NCBI GenBank assembly: GCA_013115125.1
Contig: JABANN010000170.1
Coordinates: 1 to 58,069, forward strand
From: Perkinsus olseni
Taxonomy: Eukaryota
Reading direction: 5' to 3'
DNA: 58,069 bases
Position 1 is the first letter of the stretch. Each line of letters starts with the position of its first letter. Both the position numbers and the translations under genes were made by a program. The notes beneath the pieces are model-generated. The model saw nothing but the letters and a program-made list of their open reading frames with translations, had not been told where the DNA came from and ran no database searches. Positions 35,089 through 45,449 of the stretch are shown in pieces.

Positions 35089-36267
35089 CGGGCAAAGTAC
35101 AAAATCCAAGGCACCTGACCAAAATCCAAGGCACCTGACCAAAATCCAAGGCACTGTCCCAGGAGACAGCGCGGGGCGAGCGAAATGTGCTCCTTGTCTT
35201 TTGGCCTGTGCGCGTTTTGACAACCGTTGCGTTGCGTTGCTGGTCGTCACGCAACGACGCAGCGGCAAAAAAAAGAAAACCAAGACCTAGCAGAGTACTG
35301 ACCGTAACCCCCGTGAACCAGAAACCCGACTCAGGTCGCCCGAAGGGCGACTTTCACCCCAAACCCGAAGGCCTTGCGTTCTAGGTAATAGGTCACCCGA
35401 GGGTTGGAAGTGTAGTAACGGCCCTGGACACCCGAATAGAAGTAGCTCGGGACTCCAGAGTCTGGGGAAAAGGTGGTACAATATAGGAAACTGTGATAAA
35501 GGGGTTAAAACTGTCGCAGAAGGAAGAGAATTGTTGTGAAAAAGAGAATGTAGGAAAAAAGCCCTTCCCGGGGTTCGGACCTGGGGATCATGCGTCGAGC
35601 TCCTGTTTTTCATTGCGAACTTCTCCTCTTCCAACGTTAAGGCTGGTAGAAGTCGACCAAGACCTAGTGGAGTGCTTACCGTAACCTCCATGAGCCCAAA
35701 CCCCATGAAAAGTGCTGGCCGCCCTGTAAAACGCTCACTCGCCTTGGATTTTGGTCGAAAGCCTTGGATTTCGGTCAGATGCCTTGGAAATCGGTCAGGT
35801 GCCTTGGATTTTGGTCGGTTTGTGAGGGTTTCAACACAACAACGTTTATTATCCGATATACGTTAACAGATAATAGTCCAGAGTCTGAGCCAAACCAATG
35901 CCACCAGAATACCCAAAGTCCAAGTGGTACGATACCCACAGAAGAGAAGAGAGAGAAAGGCTACTCTCCTAGACGGTCTGTCTGTCTGGCCTCAGCCACG
36001 CAAGGCACCTCACGCTATGCGCATGCGTGCTGGCCGAAAAGGGGACAGCGAAGCACAATAAGAGCACTGGCCTCGAATGAGTAGACGGGAAGAGACTATA
36101 GAGACTCAGTCTGATAATTATAGAGATGGTAGAACTGGCCCTGGCGTGCGCGCAATACACCAAGGGAGTGACTGCCATCACAGGTTGCCTTGGATTTTGG
36201 CCAGCGCGGGCGAGCGAGATTGTGCCTTGGATTTTGGTCAGGTGCCTTGGATTTTGGGAATTGCCCG
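35089..36267. mobile_element. Non-autonomous TIR DNA element with 20-bp repeat arrays
   Basis: Left end cgggcaaagtacaaaatccaaggcacctgaccaaaatccaaggcac matches the reverse complement of the right end at 42/46. Arrays at 35100-35154 (+), 35741-35816 (-), 36186-36256 (-). No transposase ORF and no clear TSD. Confidence 0.65.
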
Positions 36268-36430
36268 GCACCATATTCACCATAATTCAGAGTGTTCGAA
36301 GGGTTCTAATTCCTCGACTTGCGTCCACGTAGAGTAGCCCACGGACGCACACGAGTTGGTGGACTCTCGCAGATTTTATTTTGTCATATCCAGCTTGCTG
36401 GCCCTCTCCTGCAGCGACCGTCCAACGCAC

Positions 36431-38039
36431 ATGTGGGTTGTCTTCCTGTACGACTTTTTATGGAGCCGCTCTGGTCAGGACCAAAACAGCGTTGATAGTC
36501 GTCGACGTCCAGAATGACTTCTGTAAGGGCGGGTCCCTGGAGGTCCCCGATGGTGATGCTGTTGTCCCTGTCATCAACAGCCTTCGAGAGGAGTAAGAAT
36601 AAATCAGCGCCGTTTTCTCTCGTTCGTGCTGCACGGGAATATCCAAGGGACGCGACCGGAGCAGCTCCGGCGGAGCTTATGATGTCCCTGACTCTTATAA
36701 CATGGAAACTGTATTAATCGTCAGTCGAAATTGCGTGAACACCAACGTGGCTAGGCAGCCCATGAGCTGGCAGTTCTGGAACGCTCGAGGCACAGCCGGT
36801 CTACGTGGTTCCTCATGATTTCTGTGTCAGGCTATCCCCAGTCACCTCCCTGGTCTGTTTAACACAAGACTGGCATCCTCCAGGACATACGAGCTTCCAA
36901 TCGACTCATGCATCCGAGGGGGCTAAGTTATTTCAACCTTTCAAGTTAGAGGATGGCACGGAACAGATGATGTGGCCCGACCATTGTGTAGGGCAATACT
37001 ACACCAAGGCAGCCGTGAGTGTTATCGCCCATCCAGGTCCAGGGGACGAGGGGTGCTCAGTTCAACGATGGACTCATTATAAAGAGTACGGACAAGATCA
37101 TCAAGAAGGGAACTGATCTCAAAGTAGGTCCCTTGCCTACCTCCTCGCGCAATTAACTCCCGAAGTGGCACCAATGATAGACGGCGGGAGTTGCAATTTA
37201 TACAGACACCTTACATCACTTGCAATGAGTTGGTCGTCTCCACAGGTGGACAGCTACTCTGGTTTCTTCGATAACAACAAGATTTGCCAGACCGATCTGG
37301 ATCCGATTCTGAAGTACCTTCCCGCTCTTGTGAACTTCTCCAGCCGCGGTCTTATCGCTTCTCCCTTCCCAGAGCCGCCCAGATAGGCCGAGTGATCGTA
37401 GTCGGTCTTGCCTTCGACTATTGTGTTGGGTTCACCGCTCTCGATGCCGTTGGACTCGGATACGACGTCATTGTGGTAGAGGACGCTACAAGGTGGGCAT
37501 CCCCTCACCAGCCTCCCCTCCTGTCATCTGTCTCCCTCAGACCCGTAGCATCCGACTCCGCTGCTGCAATGCGGACACGACTCGAGAAGGCCGGTGTTAA
37601 GTTGATGACCGCTGAGGAGGCTGTCGTGAGTTAATGGGTAGCCACCTGTGGGCTGCGCCACCCACCTCCCTTTCTTTCACGGTCAAAGTTCGACCGCTTT
37701 GCCGCCTCGGTTGCGTGCAACTGAGGCCTCGCGCGACTTGCTCGGGCCACGACCATCTTTTTCGTATTTCGAGAGTCTGAGTCGTAGAAGGCTCCGTTTT
37801 CACCTTCTGGCCTATGCCGTAGCAGTTAGTTATTCATGGAATCTTCCGAGTCGCGTTCATGAAGCGGCACCAGACCGGAATCTCACCAAGAGGAGTTGCT
37901 ATATCAGCTCTAGTCCTTGTCTCCTCAGCGGTGCTTTTCTGTACAGGTTGGAAGTGCCGCCGCCAAGGGAGGCAACATAAGACGAATCGTTCGCACGATT
38001 TCATACTTGTGCATTTTCGTGATTTCTGAGGTACACTAG
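36431..38039 (+). CDS. pncA: Nicotinamidase/pyrazinamidase, copy 1 (multi-exon)
   Basis: TALIVVDVQNDFCKGGSL, TQDWHPPGHTSF, WPDHCVQGT, KKGTD..VDSYSGFFDN, GLAFDYCVGFTALDA; catalytic D/K/C and metal-binding D/H/H present. Confidence 0.95.
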
Positions 38040-38115
38040 CGCGCGGGTTTCGTCGTCAATTTCAAGTCGCAAGGGCCCGACCCTTGTACCGTCCCTTCGT
38101 GTTTTCCCTTCCATT

Positions 38116-39531
38116 ATGGGACGACCGCAAGGCGAAACGGTCCTAGGCGGTAGGACTGACCATCGCTGGTTCCTTGCTGCCTTCGGCGTATGTTCCCTTT
38201 GGGGGTTCTACATGGTTTGGGCCAGTCTTATCATAGACCATCCACCAAATAGGTGGAGGAAAATTCAAAGTCGTCTGGCATCTCCCCAAGACTTGCGGTC
38301 CATCGCAACGGCACCTCGGAAAGCTTCCAGGCTCGAACGGTATATTACCAATCAGGAGCCCGGCGCCAACTGCGGCGACCTCACCGGCTTCCAGCGTATT
38401 CTCGACTATCGGGAGAAGTGGCGCAGTCTGTCCCGTTCTTTCTGTGAGGGTGGATCGAGCTCCTTGAAGTGCCTCGTTAATGGCATCGTCTCGAATGTCA
38501 CCCGGGACTACATCTGCACGGGCCGAGACGTGCACGTTAGAATGGCCGACCTTGGGAATATCACCAAGCATGATAGGCTGCGGATCTACGGAGACTGCCG
38601 GGCGACGGAGGAGTTTCGGCGGCTCACGTTCATTGACTGCGAAAATGATGTCAGCAAGCAGATACACGACTTTCGGGACGTCCTCGGGACGACGCCTCCG
38701 CGCTGCGATCGGAGGGTCGACACCGCCGTGATTATGAGAATCCGGGAGAGGGTCGGAAGGAACCCGTGGCATACCCATGAAGAGATCATCGCACTTTTCA
38801 TGACTATGGTGGCGATGGAGATCGATCCTGGCAAGGTGACGCTGATAATAAACAGACCACGCCCCGACCCGCGGCAGTCGTATCCGCTGCTGGCGATCCA
38901 TGATGGCCTCTTCGGTGTCAATGAAACTGTGTTCGCCGATGAGCTGGCGGGAATGAATGACACTGTGTGCTTCGGGGAGATTATCATACCCGTTCCACCG
39001 GCGCAGGCGTTCTACGCTAGACGATTACGAGAGGGCTGTGGGAAGTCCTCGATTCTGCGGGGCTATAGGGCATATCTTTTGGACGCCTATGGAGTTGTGA
39101 CGAGGAGCTCTCGAGTCGTGAGAATAACGATTATTTCACGTACCGCTCAATTTATGCGGAGATTCGTCAACGAAGATGAAGTCACGGCTGCCTTGCAGCA
39201 GGGAGACGGGCGAGAGGTTCGCACTGTTGTTCTGAGCGAGATGAACCTCACTGCTCAGTTCGAGACGATGGCAAACACCGACGTCCTTCTGGGCGCCCAT
39301 GGGGCCGGCCTTTTCTGGCTCATCTTGCTCCCGGAATGCAGCCAGGTGCTCGAGCTGGGCACTGGTGTTGACCATCACTATCGCAGTTTGGCACAGTACT
39401 CCGGTATCGGCCACAGATACCTCAGTCAAAGTGTGGGTCATGGTACCCCAGACATTCATGTTGACATTGAAGGCCTCTTGGAGTCTGTTGAAGAGGCTGA
39501 GAAGCAGTGGAGAGAGTGCCACCTTATGTGA
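38116..39531 (+). CDS. GT61-family glycosyltransferase (EOGT/DUF563-like), intronless, 471 aa
   Basis: N-terminal signal anchor; NPWHTHEE; ITIISR...RRFVNEDEV; QFETMANTDVLLGAHGAGLFWLILLPECSQVLEL; HYRSLA. Confidence 0.9.
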   Translation: MGRPQGETVLGGRTDHRWFLAAFGVCSLWGFYMVWASLIIDHPPNRWRKIQSRLASPQDLRSIATAPRKASRLERYITNQEPGANCGDLTGFQRILDYREKWRSLSRSFCEGGSSSLKCLVNGIVSNVTRDYICTGRDVHVRMADLGNITKHDRLRIYGDCRATEEFRRLTFIDCENDVSKQIHDFRDVLGTTPPRCDRRVDTAVIMRIRERVGRNPWHTHEEIIALFMTMVAMEIDPGKVTLIINRPRPDPRQSYPLLAIHDGLFGVNETVFADELAGMNDTVCFGEIIIPVPPAQAFYARRLREGCGKSSILRGYRAYLLDAYGVVTRSSRVVRITIISRTAQFMRRFVNEDEVTAALQQGDGREVRTVVLSEMNLTAQFETMANTDVLLGAHGAGLFWLILLPECSQVLELGTGVDHHYRSLAQYSGIGHRYLSQSVGHGTPDIHVDIEGLLESVEEAEKQWRECHLM

Positions 39532-40180
39532 CTACGCTTTACGTGACACAGCCGGTATTGTGTTCCTAGTGGACGGGAGTGCAGCAGACTCGCTACGGAA
39601 GGGCGTATGAGGCCTTGCCACCTTTGAAAGTACGTGCGAGCCCGTGTCCTGGCGGCACTCGTTTAACGCACGGCCATTCACGGGCTGCCAGGATTTCCAT
39701 CCCATTGTCGCGTGAGCCGTATGTCCTCAGTCCTGAGTAGCTGGGAGTGATCAGTCTTCCCGAGGCAAAAGGAACGACATGGAAGATCGTCACTAGGGGT
39801 AACTCCGCTGTTGAGAGGCGCGAGTGTCGTAGCAAATAAGCTGAGCCGGACTGAGGTTGTCAGCCAAAAAATCATCTCGCAGATCACCAATGCATCTTCA
39901 TAGTAGCCGGACCGCACTCCGCGTGCCTTCTGAGCACCTCTGCCAAATGGCCTCCCGAAGCACAACGTCGCGGCCGAACGCCACCCTAGGTGGATCACCC
40001 ACGACTGCGTGACGCGGCATGCTCGCTCAGCCCGCGTCACAGCAGGTGACAGAATTGCCTGCTAAGCGGTGAGTCATGCTACGACAGCTGTTCGGTCTGG
40101 TTTCAATCCTTGAGAAGGAGAGATTTTGCATCAGCTTTCGCCGGGGAACGGTCGGCTGTTCTTGGTTGTTCATCAGAATA

Positions 40181-41438
40181 ATGCTCTTTGCCCTGCACTT
40201 CATCCTCTCTTATTTGGCAGTCGCCCTCTCCTGCCTCGACCATCCAACACACATGTGGGTCGTCTTCCTGTCCGACTTTCTATGAAGCCGCTCTGATCAG
40301 GACCAAAACAGCGTTGATAGTCGTCGATGTCCAGAATGACTTCTGTAAGGGCGGCTCCCTGGAGGTCCCCGATGGTGATGCTGTTGTCCCTGTCATCAAC
40401 AGCCTACGAGAGCAGTAGGTCCATTCCCTCATCCAGTGCCGTCACGAGACCATCGTAGCCTTGTCTATGATGGGGTTGCATTGGACTTACCGTCATTAAT
40501 GAGTCGTCCTTCCGCCGTTATTGGAAAGCTCAGCGATGCACTCAACCGGTTTTTAACACCTTAAAACGGGAGGAAATATTGGTCTACGTTGTTCTCGACG
40601 TTCTCTGTGTCAGACTATCCCCGGTCACCTCCCTGGTCTGTTTAACACAAGACTGGCATCCTCCAGGACATACGAGCTTCCAATCGACTCATGCATCCGA
40701 GGGGGCTAAGTTATTTCAATCATTCAAGTTAGAGGATGGCACGGAACAGATGATGTGGCCCGACCATTGTGTAGGGCAATACTACACCAAGGCAGCCGTG
40801 AGTGTTATCGCCCATCCAGGTACAGGGGACGAGGGGTGCTCAGTTCAACGATGGACTCATTATAAAGAGTACGGACAAGATCATCAAGAAGGGAACTGAT
40901 CCCAAGGTGGACCAGCTTGTGACCTTGCGATCTTCTCGTCGCTCCATCCGTCCTTCCATGGGAGACCTTTTTCAGGTGGACAGCTACTCCGGATTCTACG
41001 ATAACAACAGGAAGCATCACACAGATCTTGATGCAATTCTGGAGTACTTTCCCTTTCTTCTGCCCTTCTCCAGCCGCGGTCTTATCGCTTTTCCCTTCCC
41101 AGAGCCGCCCAGATAGGCCGAGTAATCGCAGTCGGTCTTGCCTTCGACTACTGTGTTGGGTTCACTGCTCTCGATGCCGTTGGACTCGGATACGACGTCA
41201 TTGTGGTAGAGGACGCTACAAGGTGGGCATCCCCTCGCCAGCCTCCCCTCCTGTCATCTGTCTCCCTCAGACCCGTAGCATCCGACTCCGCTGCTGCAAT
41301 GCGGACACGACTCGAGAAGGCCGGTGTTAAGTTGATGACGGCTGAGGAGGTAAAATGGTACATCATCTCTATGCCCTAGCTTTCTCGTAACTTTCCTGTC
41401 AGGTTGAAAGTGCCGCCGCCAAATGGAGCATCCGATAA
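40181..41438 (+). CDS. pncA: Nicotinamidase/pyrazinamidase, copy 2 (multi-exon) with a signal-peptide-like leader
   Basis: Same motifs as copy 1 with near-identical exons; leader MLFALHFILSYLAVALSCLDHPTH in frame with MTKTALIVVD; last exon VESAAAKWSIR*. Confidence 0.95.
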
Positions 41439-41892
41439 GTCACTTCAGCGGCCTAATTTTCAGAGGTTCATCAACGCACAGCAGTTTCTTCATTGTTTAT
41501 AAAGTCACCCCAAGCGACGCTCTCAGAGCGCGGGTGGGGGCAGCAGTCCAAGCATTCATTTTCTTTTCGTGTTGCCAAGTGCTCCCGAGTCAATGCCTAT
41601 CCTGTAGTAGTTCTATCTCGTGCAGCTCCACGACCACCGCCAGGCCGTAAATGGCCTTGGGAGGGCCGAGCCTCTTCCCACCGGCTCGAAACGACCTCTC
41701 ACGATGTGTTAGCCGCATAGTTTCCTACGGCGAACAGCCCCCGGCGAACCCGCGAGACTTTCCGTTATGACATCCAATCCTGCCTAACATGATTGTTATG
41801 ATCGTACCACTGTCACAGCAGTCGCGTCCCTCCCCCCATCTAACTGCAGTTTCACGCAACAGAAAAGCCCATCAGAAAAAAGGTCATGGTGT

Positions 41893-43848
41893 TCATGCTC
41901 GGGCAGTTCCCATTCTCCCTAGCCGGGCCTCACAGACCCTCAGCGTCCCCCTTATTGTACCCGAACTGTCTTCCGGCTGCCGTCGCAACAGGTCAAGCAA
42001 GTCGGGTTTGGGGTCGCATAATGCTACCTCGCAGATCATGCGAACTGCATCTGAGTTACACTTCCTAGCGAACAGTAATTTGGCGACCTCCAGAGGGGCC
42101 TCCCAGAGCAGACATTCTAACACCTCTAGCTGTCTTCTTTCAATCAATGCTTCCACCGCCAGAGCCAGCACCTCCGGGTCCCCCCCTTCCAGTATGCCCC
42201 GCGGGCACGACCGGATCGCCCTCCCTGCCAGGCTCTCCACTACCACAGGGAGAGTGTCCTGCTGCAGGGCGAAAACTGCAGCTGTGGGGAGCTCCGCGAA
42301 CAAGTAGTGGAGAGCAGTCAGCGCGCTCTTCTCCCCTCCCTCTACCGGAGGGCTACCGAGTAGTAGAATGGCAAGGTCGGCCAGGCCAGCCTCCGCCAGG
42401 GACACTGGTACTGACTCCTGAGCTTCCTTGAGCGAGGCGGACGCTCGGGAGACAGCTTTCCAGTGTATCAGCTGCCGCGAGCAGAGGGCAATCACGGTAG
42501 CGAGACAGCGACCAAGGCTCGCGTCGTGAACGCTATTTAGTGGCTCGAGCAAATCCGACAATATACTTACGATCATGGTTGAGATGTCAGTGCGCGGCAG
42601 TAGCTTGTCGGACAGCTCAGGGAGGCAGTGTGTAACTATAGCTGTCAAGAGGTCTCCGGATCGACCCCCAGCGAGGGCACCGCTTGTTTTAACGTTCTCT
42701 AGGTCAGCTCTCCGCTCCACGAGAATAACCTCTAAAACATCCTTGAGCAAACTGCAAGAGGCCGCGCACAAATCCACAGCAAGAAGAGAATCTTTCAAAC
42801 CCATGGTGTACACGAGCCTACCCAACCTCGAAGGTATCTTGGTCCCATCCTCCGTTCGCCGAAGAGCCTCTTTCAGACAAGGAGTGACGAGCTTCGGATA
42901 AGCCTCCAAAAGGCAACAACAGCTGACAAGGTTCCCTTCACAGACCCTCTCTACCAGCTCTGCCGAGGGAACACCTTCAACCTTCTCCAGCAAACTCTCG
43001 GCGCAATCCGTTTGTACTTGGGGGGGCATCTCAAGAGATGAAACAATTACCGTCTTCAAGTCTTCCACGCATTGCACCGAGCCCAGAATCTCCCCCTGTT
43101 CCGAGTCATCCAGCCGGCGACCAAGTAACGGTACTACCAGTCCCACCACCCTGTGCCAACACTCCCTCTTCGCCCGCTCCAAAATCATTTCCGCCACCCT
43201 CGGGCAAATCGACAGCCGCAGTTCATCCCTTTTCAGAATCATCTCGAGAATCTCCTTTCCCACCACGGACCCTTGCAACAAATTCGACACGACTCCCGCT
43301 ATGACTGGTTCGACCGACCCCTTGGGTTGATCTGTGGTCAGAATCCTTCTAAGATCAGCACAAACCCGAGGGTGACTGGCCTCGTCCAGGCTGAGCACCA
43401 CTAGCTCCCTCATCCCTCCAGAGCCTGCTGGGAGCTTCCCGGAGAACTCGTCGGCCCTCTCAGCTTGATCACGGCATTCCGCGGATGCAAAGATACTCCT
43501 TCTAGCCTCGACGTATCCCGTGGTTGCGTCAATGGTGACAAAGGACACATCCTGGCCGCTGCCTCTGGAGCTGCTGGGTCCAGAGTAAACATTGAGGAGG
43601 TCGAACTCCTGCTCAGAACCGTCACTGAAGAACTCGCTAGGGCTAGGGGAGACCTTATCACCCCTCACCAATTCCACTCGTCCCCTCTCCAGTATTACGC
43701 TATCTCCTATAAGCTCATCATACACCATCAGACCCATTCCTGGGCCTCGATCGAGGCGGATGCAGCCCTCGCCCGTCAGAAGAATACTGCCGGGAGGTCC
43801 CTCTGCGTCGATGAGAATTCGGAAAACAGTCGTCTGGGAGTCAACCAT
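41893..43848 (-). CDS. 651-aa intronless protein; EVH1/PH-like N-terminus plus helical repeats, possibly divergent PP4R3/SMEK-like
   Basis: Long ORF; TGEGCIRL...GMGLMVYDELIGDSVILE resembles the PP4R3 EVH1 strand pattern; Leu-rich ARM/HEAT-like remainder. Confidence 0.5.
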   Translation of the reverse strand: MVDSQTTVFRILIDAEGPPGSILLTGEGCIRLDRGPGMGLMVYDELIGDSVILERGRVELVRGDKVSPSPSEFFSDGSEQEFDLLNVYSGPSSSRGSGQDVSFVTIDATTGYVEARRSIFASAECRDQAERADEFSGKLPAGSGGMRELVVLSLDEASHPRVCADLRRILTTDQPKGSVEPVIAGVVSNLLQGSVVGKEILEMILKRDELRLSICPRVAEMILERAKRECWHRVVGLVVPLLGRRLDDSEQGEILGSVQCVEDLKTVIVSSLEMPPQVQTDCAESLLEKVEGVPSAELVERVCEGNLVSCCCLLEAYPKLVTPCLKEALRRTEDGTKIPSRLGRLVYTMGLKDSLLAVDLCAASCSLLKDVLEVILVERRADLENVKTSGALAGGRSGDLLTAIVTHCLPELSDKLLPRTDISTMIVSILSDLLEPLNSVHDASLGRCLATVIALCSRQLIHWKAVSRASASLKEAQESVPVSLAEAGLADLAILLLGSPPVEGGEKSALTALHYLFAELPTAAVFALQQDTLPVVVESLAGRAIRSCPRGILEGGDPEVLALAVEALIERRQLEVLECLLWEAPLEVAKLLFARKCNSDAVRMICEVALCDPKPDLLDLLRRQPEDSSGTIRGTLRVCEARLGRMGTARA

Positions 43849-44115
43849 ACCGTTAAATCTGCAAAGGTGATGAATAAGAAGGAGGACGAGGCGTCAACGC
43901 AAAGCCTCTGCAATAGGTCAATGGTAAAGGGCTTGCGAGACGAAGTCGACCTGTTCTACAGGAAGGGAAACTGAAGTCATTGTTACGGACTTCGAGATAA
44001 ACTTTCTGACACCTCTAGCGATCGCCTGTGGCATCGGCTCCTCTTACGGACCCACGGCCAGAAACGAATATTCTAATTTCTACTGTGACAAAATACAAGT
44101 CGTTGACAGGTGGCG

Positions 44116-44900
44116 TCAGACCGGCAGTGGAGAAGGCTGCTGCTCGGCCTCTGCTGTCTTCTCGGCAACCTGCCGCCCTGCATGACTGGCCTCGCTAAGG
44201 AGGATAATACAGAGCAGAACGACCGGACAGAGAGGGACGTAGGTGAGGGCGGCGAGGTCGTATATACCATGGCACAAGGCTGCTACTGGCAGCGACCATC
44301 GGCGAAAATCTGAGTCGGGATCGACGGCGATAGCAGTACAGAAGAGGTGCACTAGTGGAGGGAAAGTAAGAGCACCAAAGGCAACCCAGGGGGAGTCTGT
44401 GAGGAGAGTGTCCACCCGAGTGATGTTCTCCCAGACTGCGAAGGCTAGAGCAGACCAGACCCCCAGACGACGCAGAGACTGCGAAGATCTCGACACACTG
44501 GTCACAGACAGGCACTTGACGGACTCCTCTGCAAGGCCCGCTTTAATAAAGGAGAATGCAAAAATCCCGAGCCGCGCCGTATCGAGAAGCGCGGAGACTC
44601 TCTGAAGAAGATGAGCGAGGATAACGGTGATGACACCAACGCGGACGTCTTCCATAGTGAAGGTCGGCAGGGAGAGGCAAAGCAGCAGGACCAGAGGGTA
44701 GCCGGGTCGGACCAGGGAGGAGGGAAGGAGGTCCTGCTGGGTGGCCAAGACTCCCAGAGTGAAAGAGCACAGAACTGCCTGCACTGCGAGGTTGTGTAGC
44801 AGAGGCTTGAGAGAGGGATAGACTGACATCACATCGGACTGAGAGAGGTGGAAGATAACGACGAGAGCGATGAACTCAACAAGAGAGATCGTAGAAGTAG
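44116..44900 (-). CDS. Multi-pass membrane protein of unknown function (start uncertain)
   Basis: 238-aa ORF with about 7 hydrophobic segments; the frame stays open upstream (STISLVEFIALVVIFHLSQSD). Confidence 0.6.
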
Positions 44901-44949
44901 TAAAGGGGTGGCGGACCCGCCCCGGCTTTTAATGTATCAGGCGATCAGA

Positions 44950-45420
44950 GTTATTATGTTGATGATGATGATGCAGGAGAGTCTCATCATCTGCCTCTGA
45001 GAAATGTTACAATATATCATGATGATGATCATCGCCTTTAGAAGGAGCAGCAGTAGTAGCGTACTTATCAACTTCACTCAAGAGTTTGACACCCAACAGC
45101 TGCTGTAGAAGTAGTAGTACTCGACTTTGAATAATAACAGAGAGAATGATGATGAAGAGGAGGAGGAGGAACAGCAGCAGTGATGGTGATAATAAGTAGT
45201 ACAGGGAGAAACTACGACGACGACCATCACCGCCGGTACAACCACGGTAGTGAGAGTGGACTTGGGCTAGGGCGTGACGTTGTAGTGGTCTGCTTGATGC
45301 GGTAGTAGTAGTACTGAGAGTTCTTGCTGTTGTTGTTAGTGATCATGATAATGGTGATGTTAAGCAATCGTGGTAAATAGTAACGTCGAGTGTGGTGTAT
45401 AACCATCATCGGCGTTAAGG
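44950..45420. repeat. Low-complexity microsatellite-rich tract
   Basis: (gat)n, (gga)n, (agt)n, (gtt)n, (cga)n runs. Confidence 0.6.
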
Positions 45421-45449
45421 AGCATCTTACAATACAGTCTACGGTCTAC

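Noticed and set aside
35320-35360. Hammerhead ribozyme on the minus strand (GAAA-stem-CTGA)
   Set aside because: No CUGANGA core in the right order, and the stem III closing pair fails.
35100-36256. 20-bp repeats as a CRISPR array
   Set aside because: Units are contiguous with no unique spacers, occur in both orientations, and there are no cas genes in this eukaryotic context.
38143-38901. 252-aa minus-strand ORF
   Set aside because: Antisense to the GT61 gene, as expected in GC-rich coding DNA.
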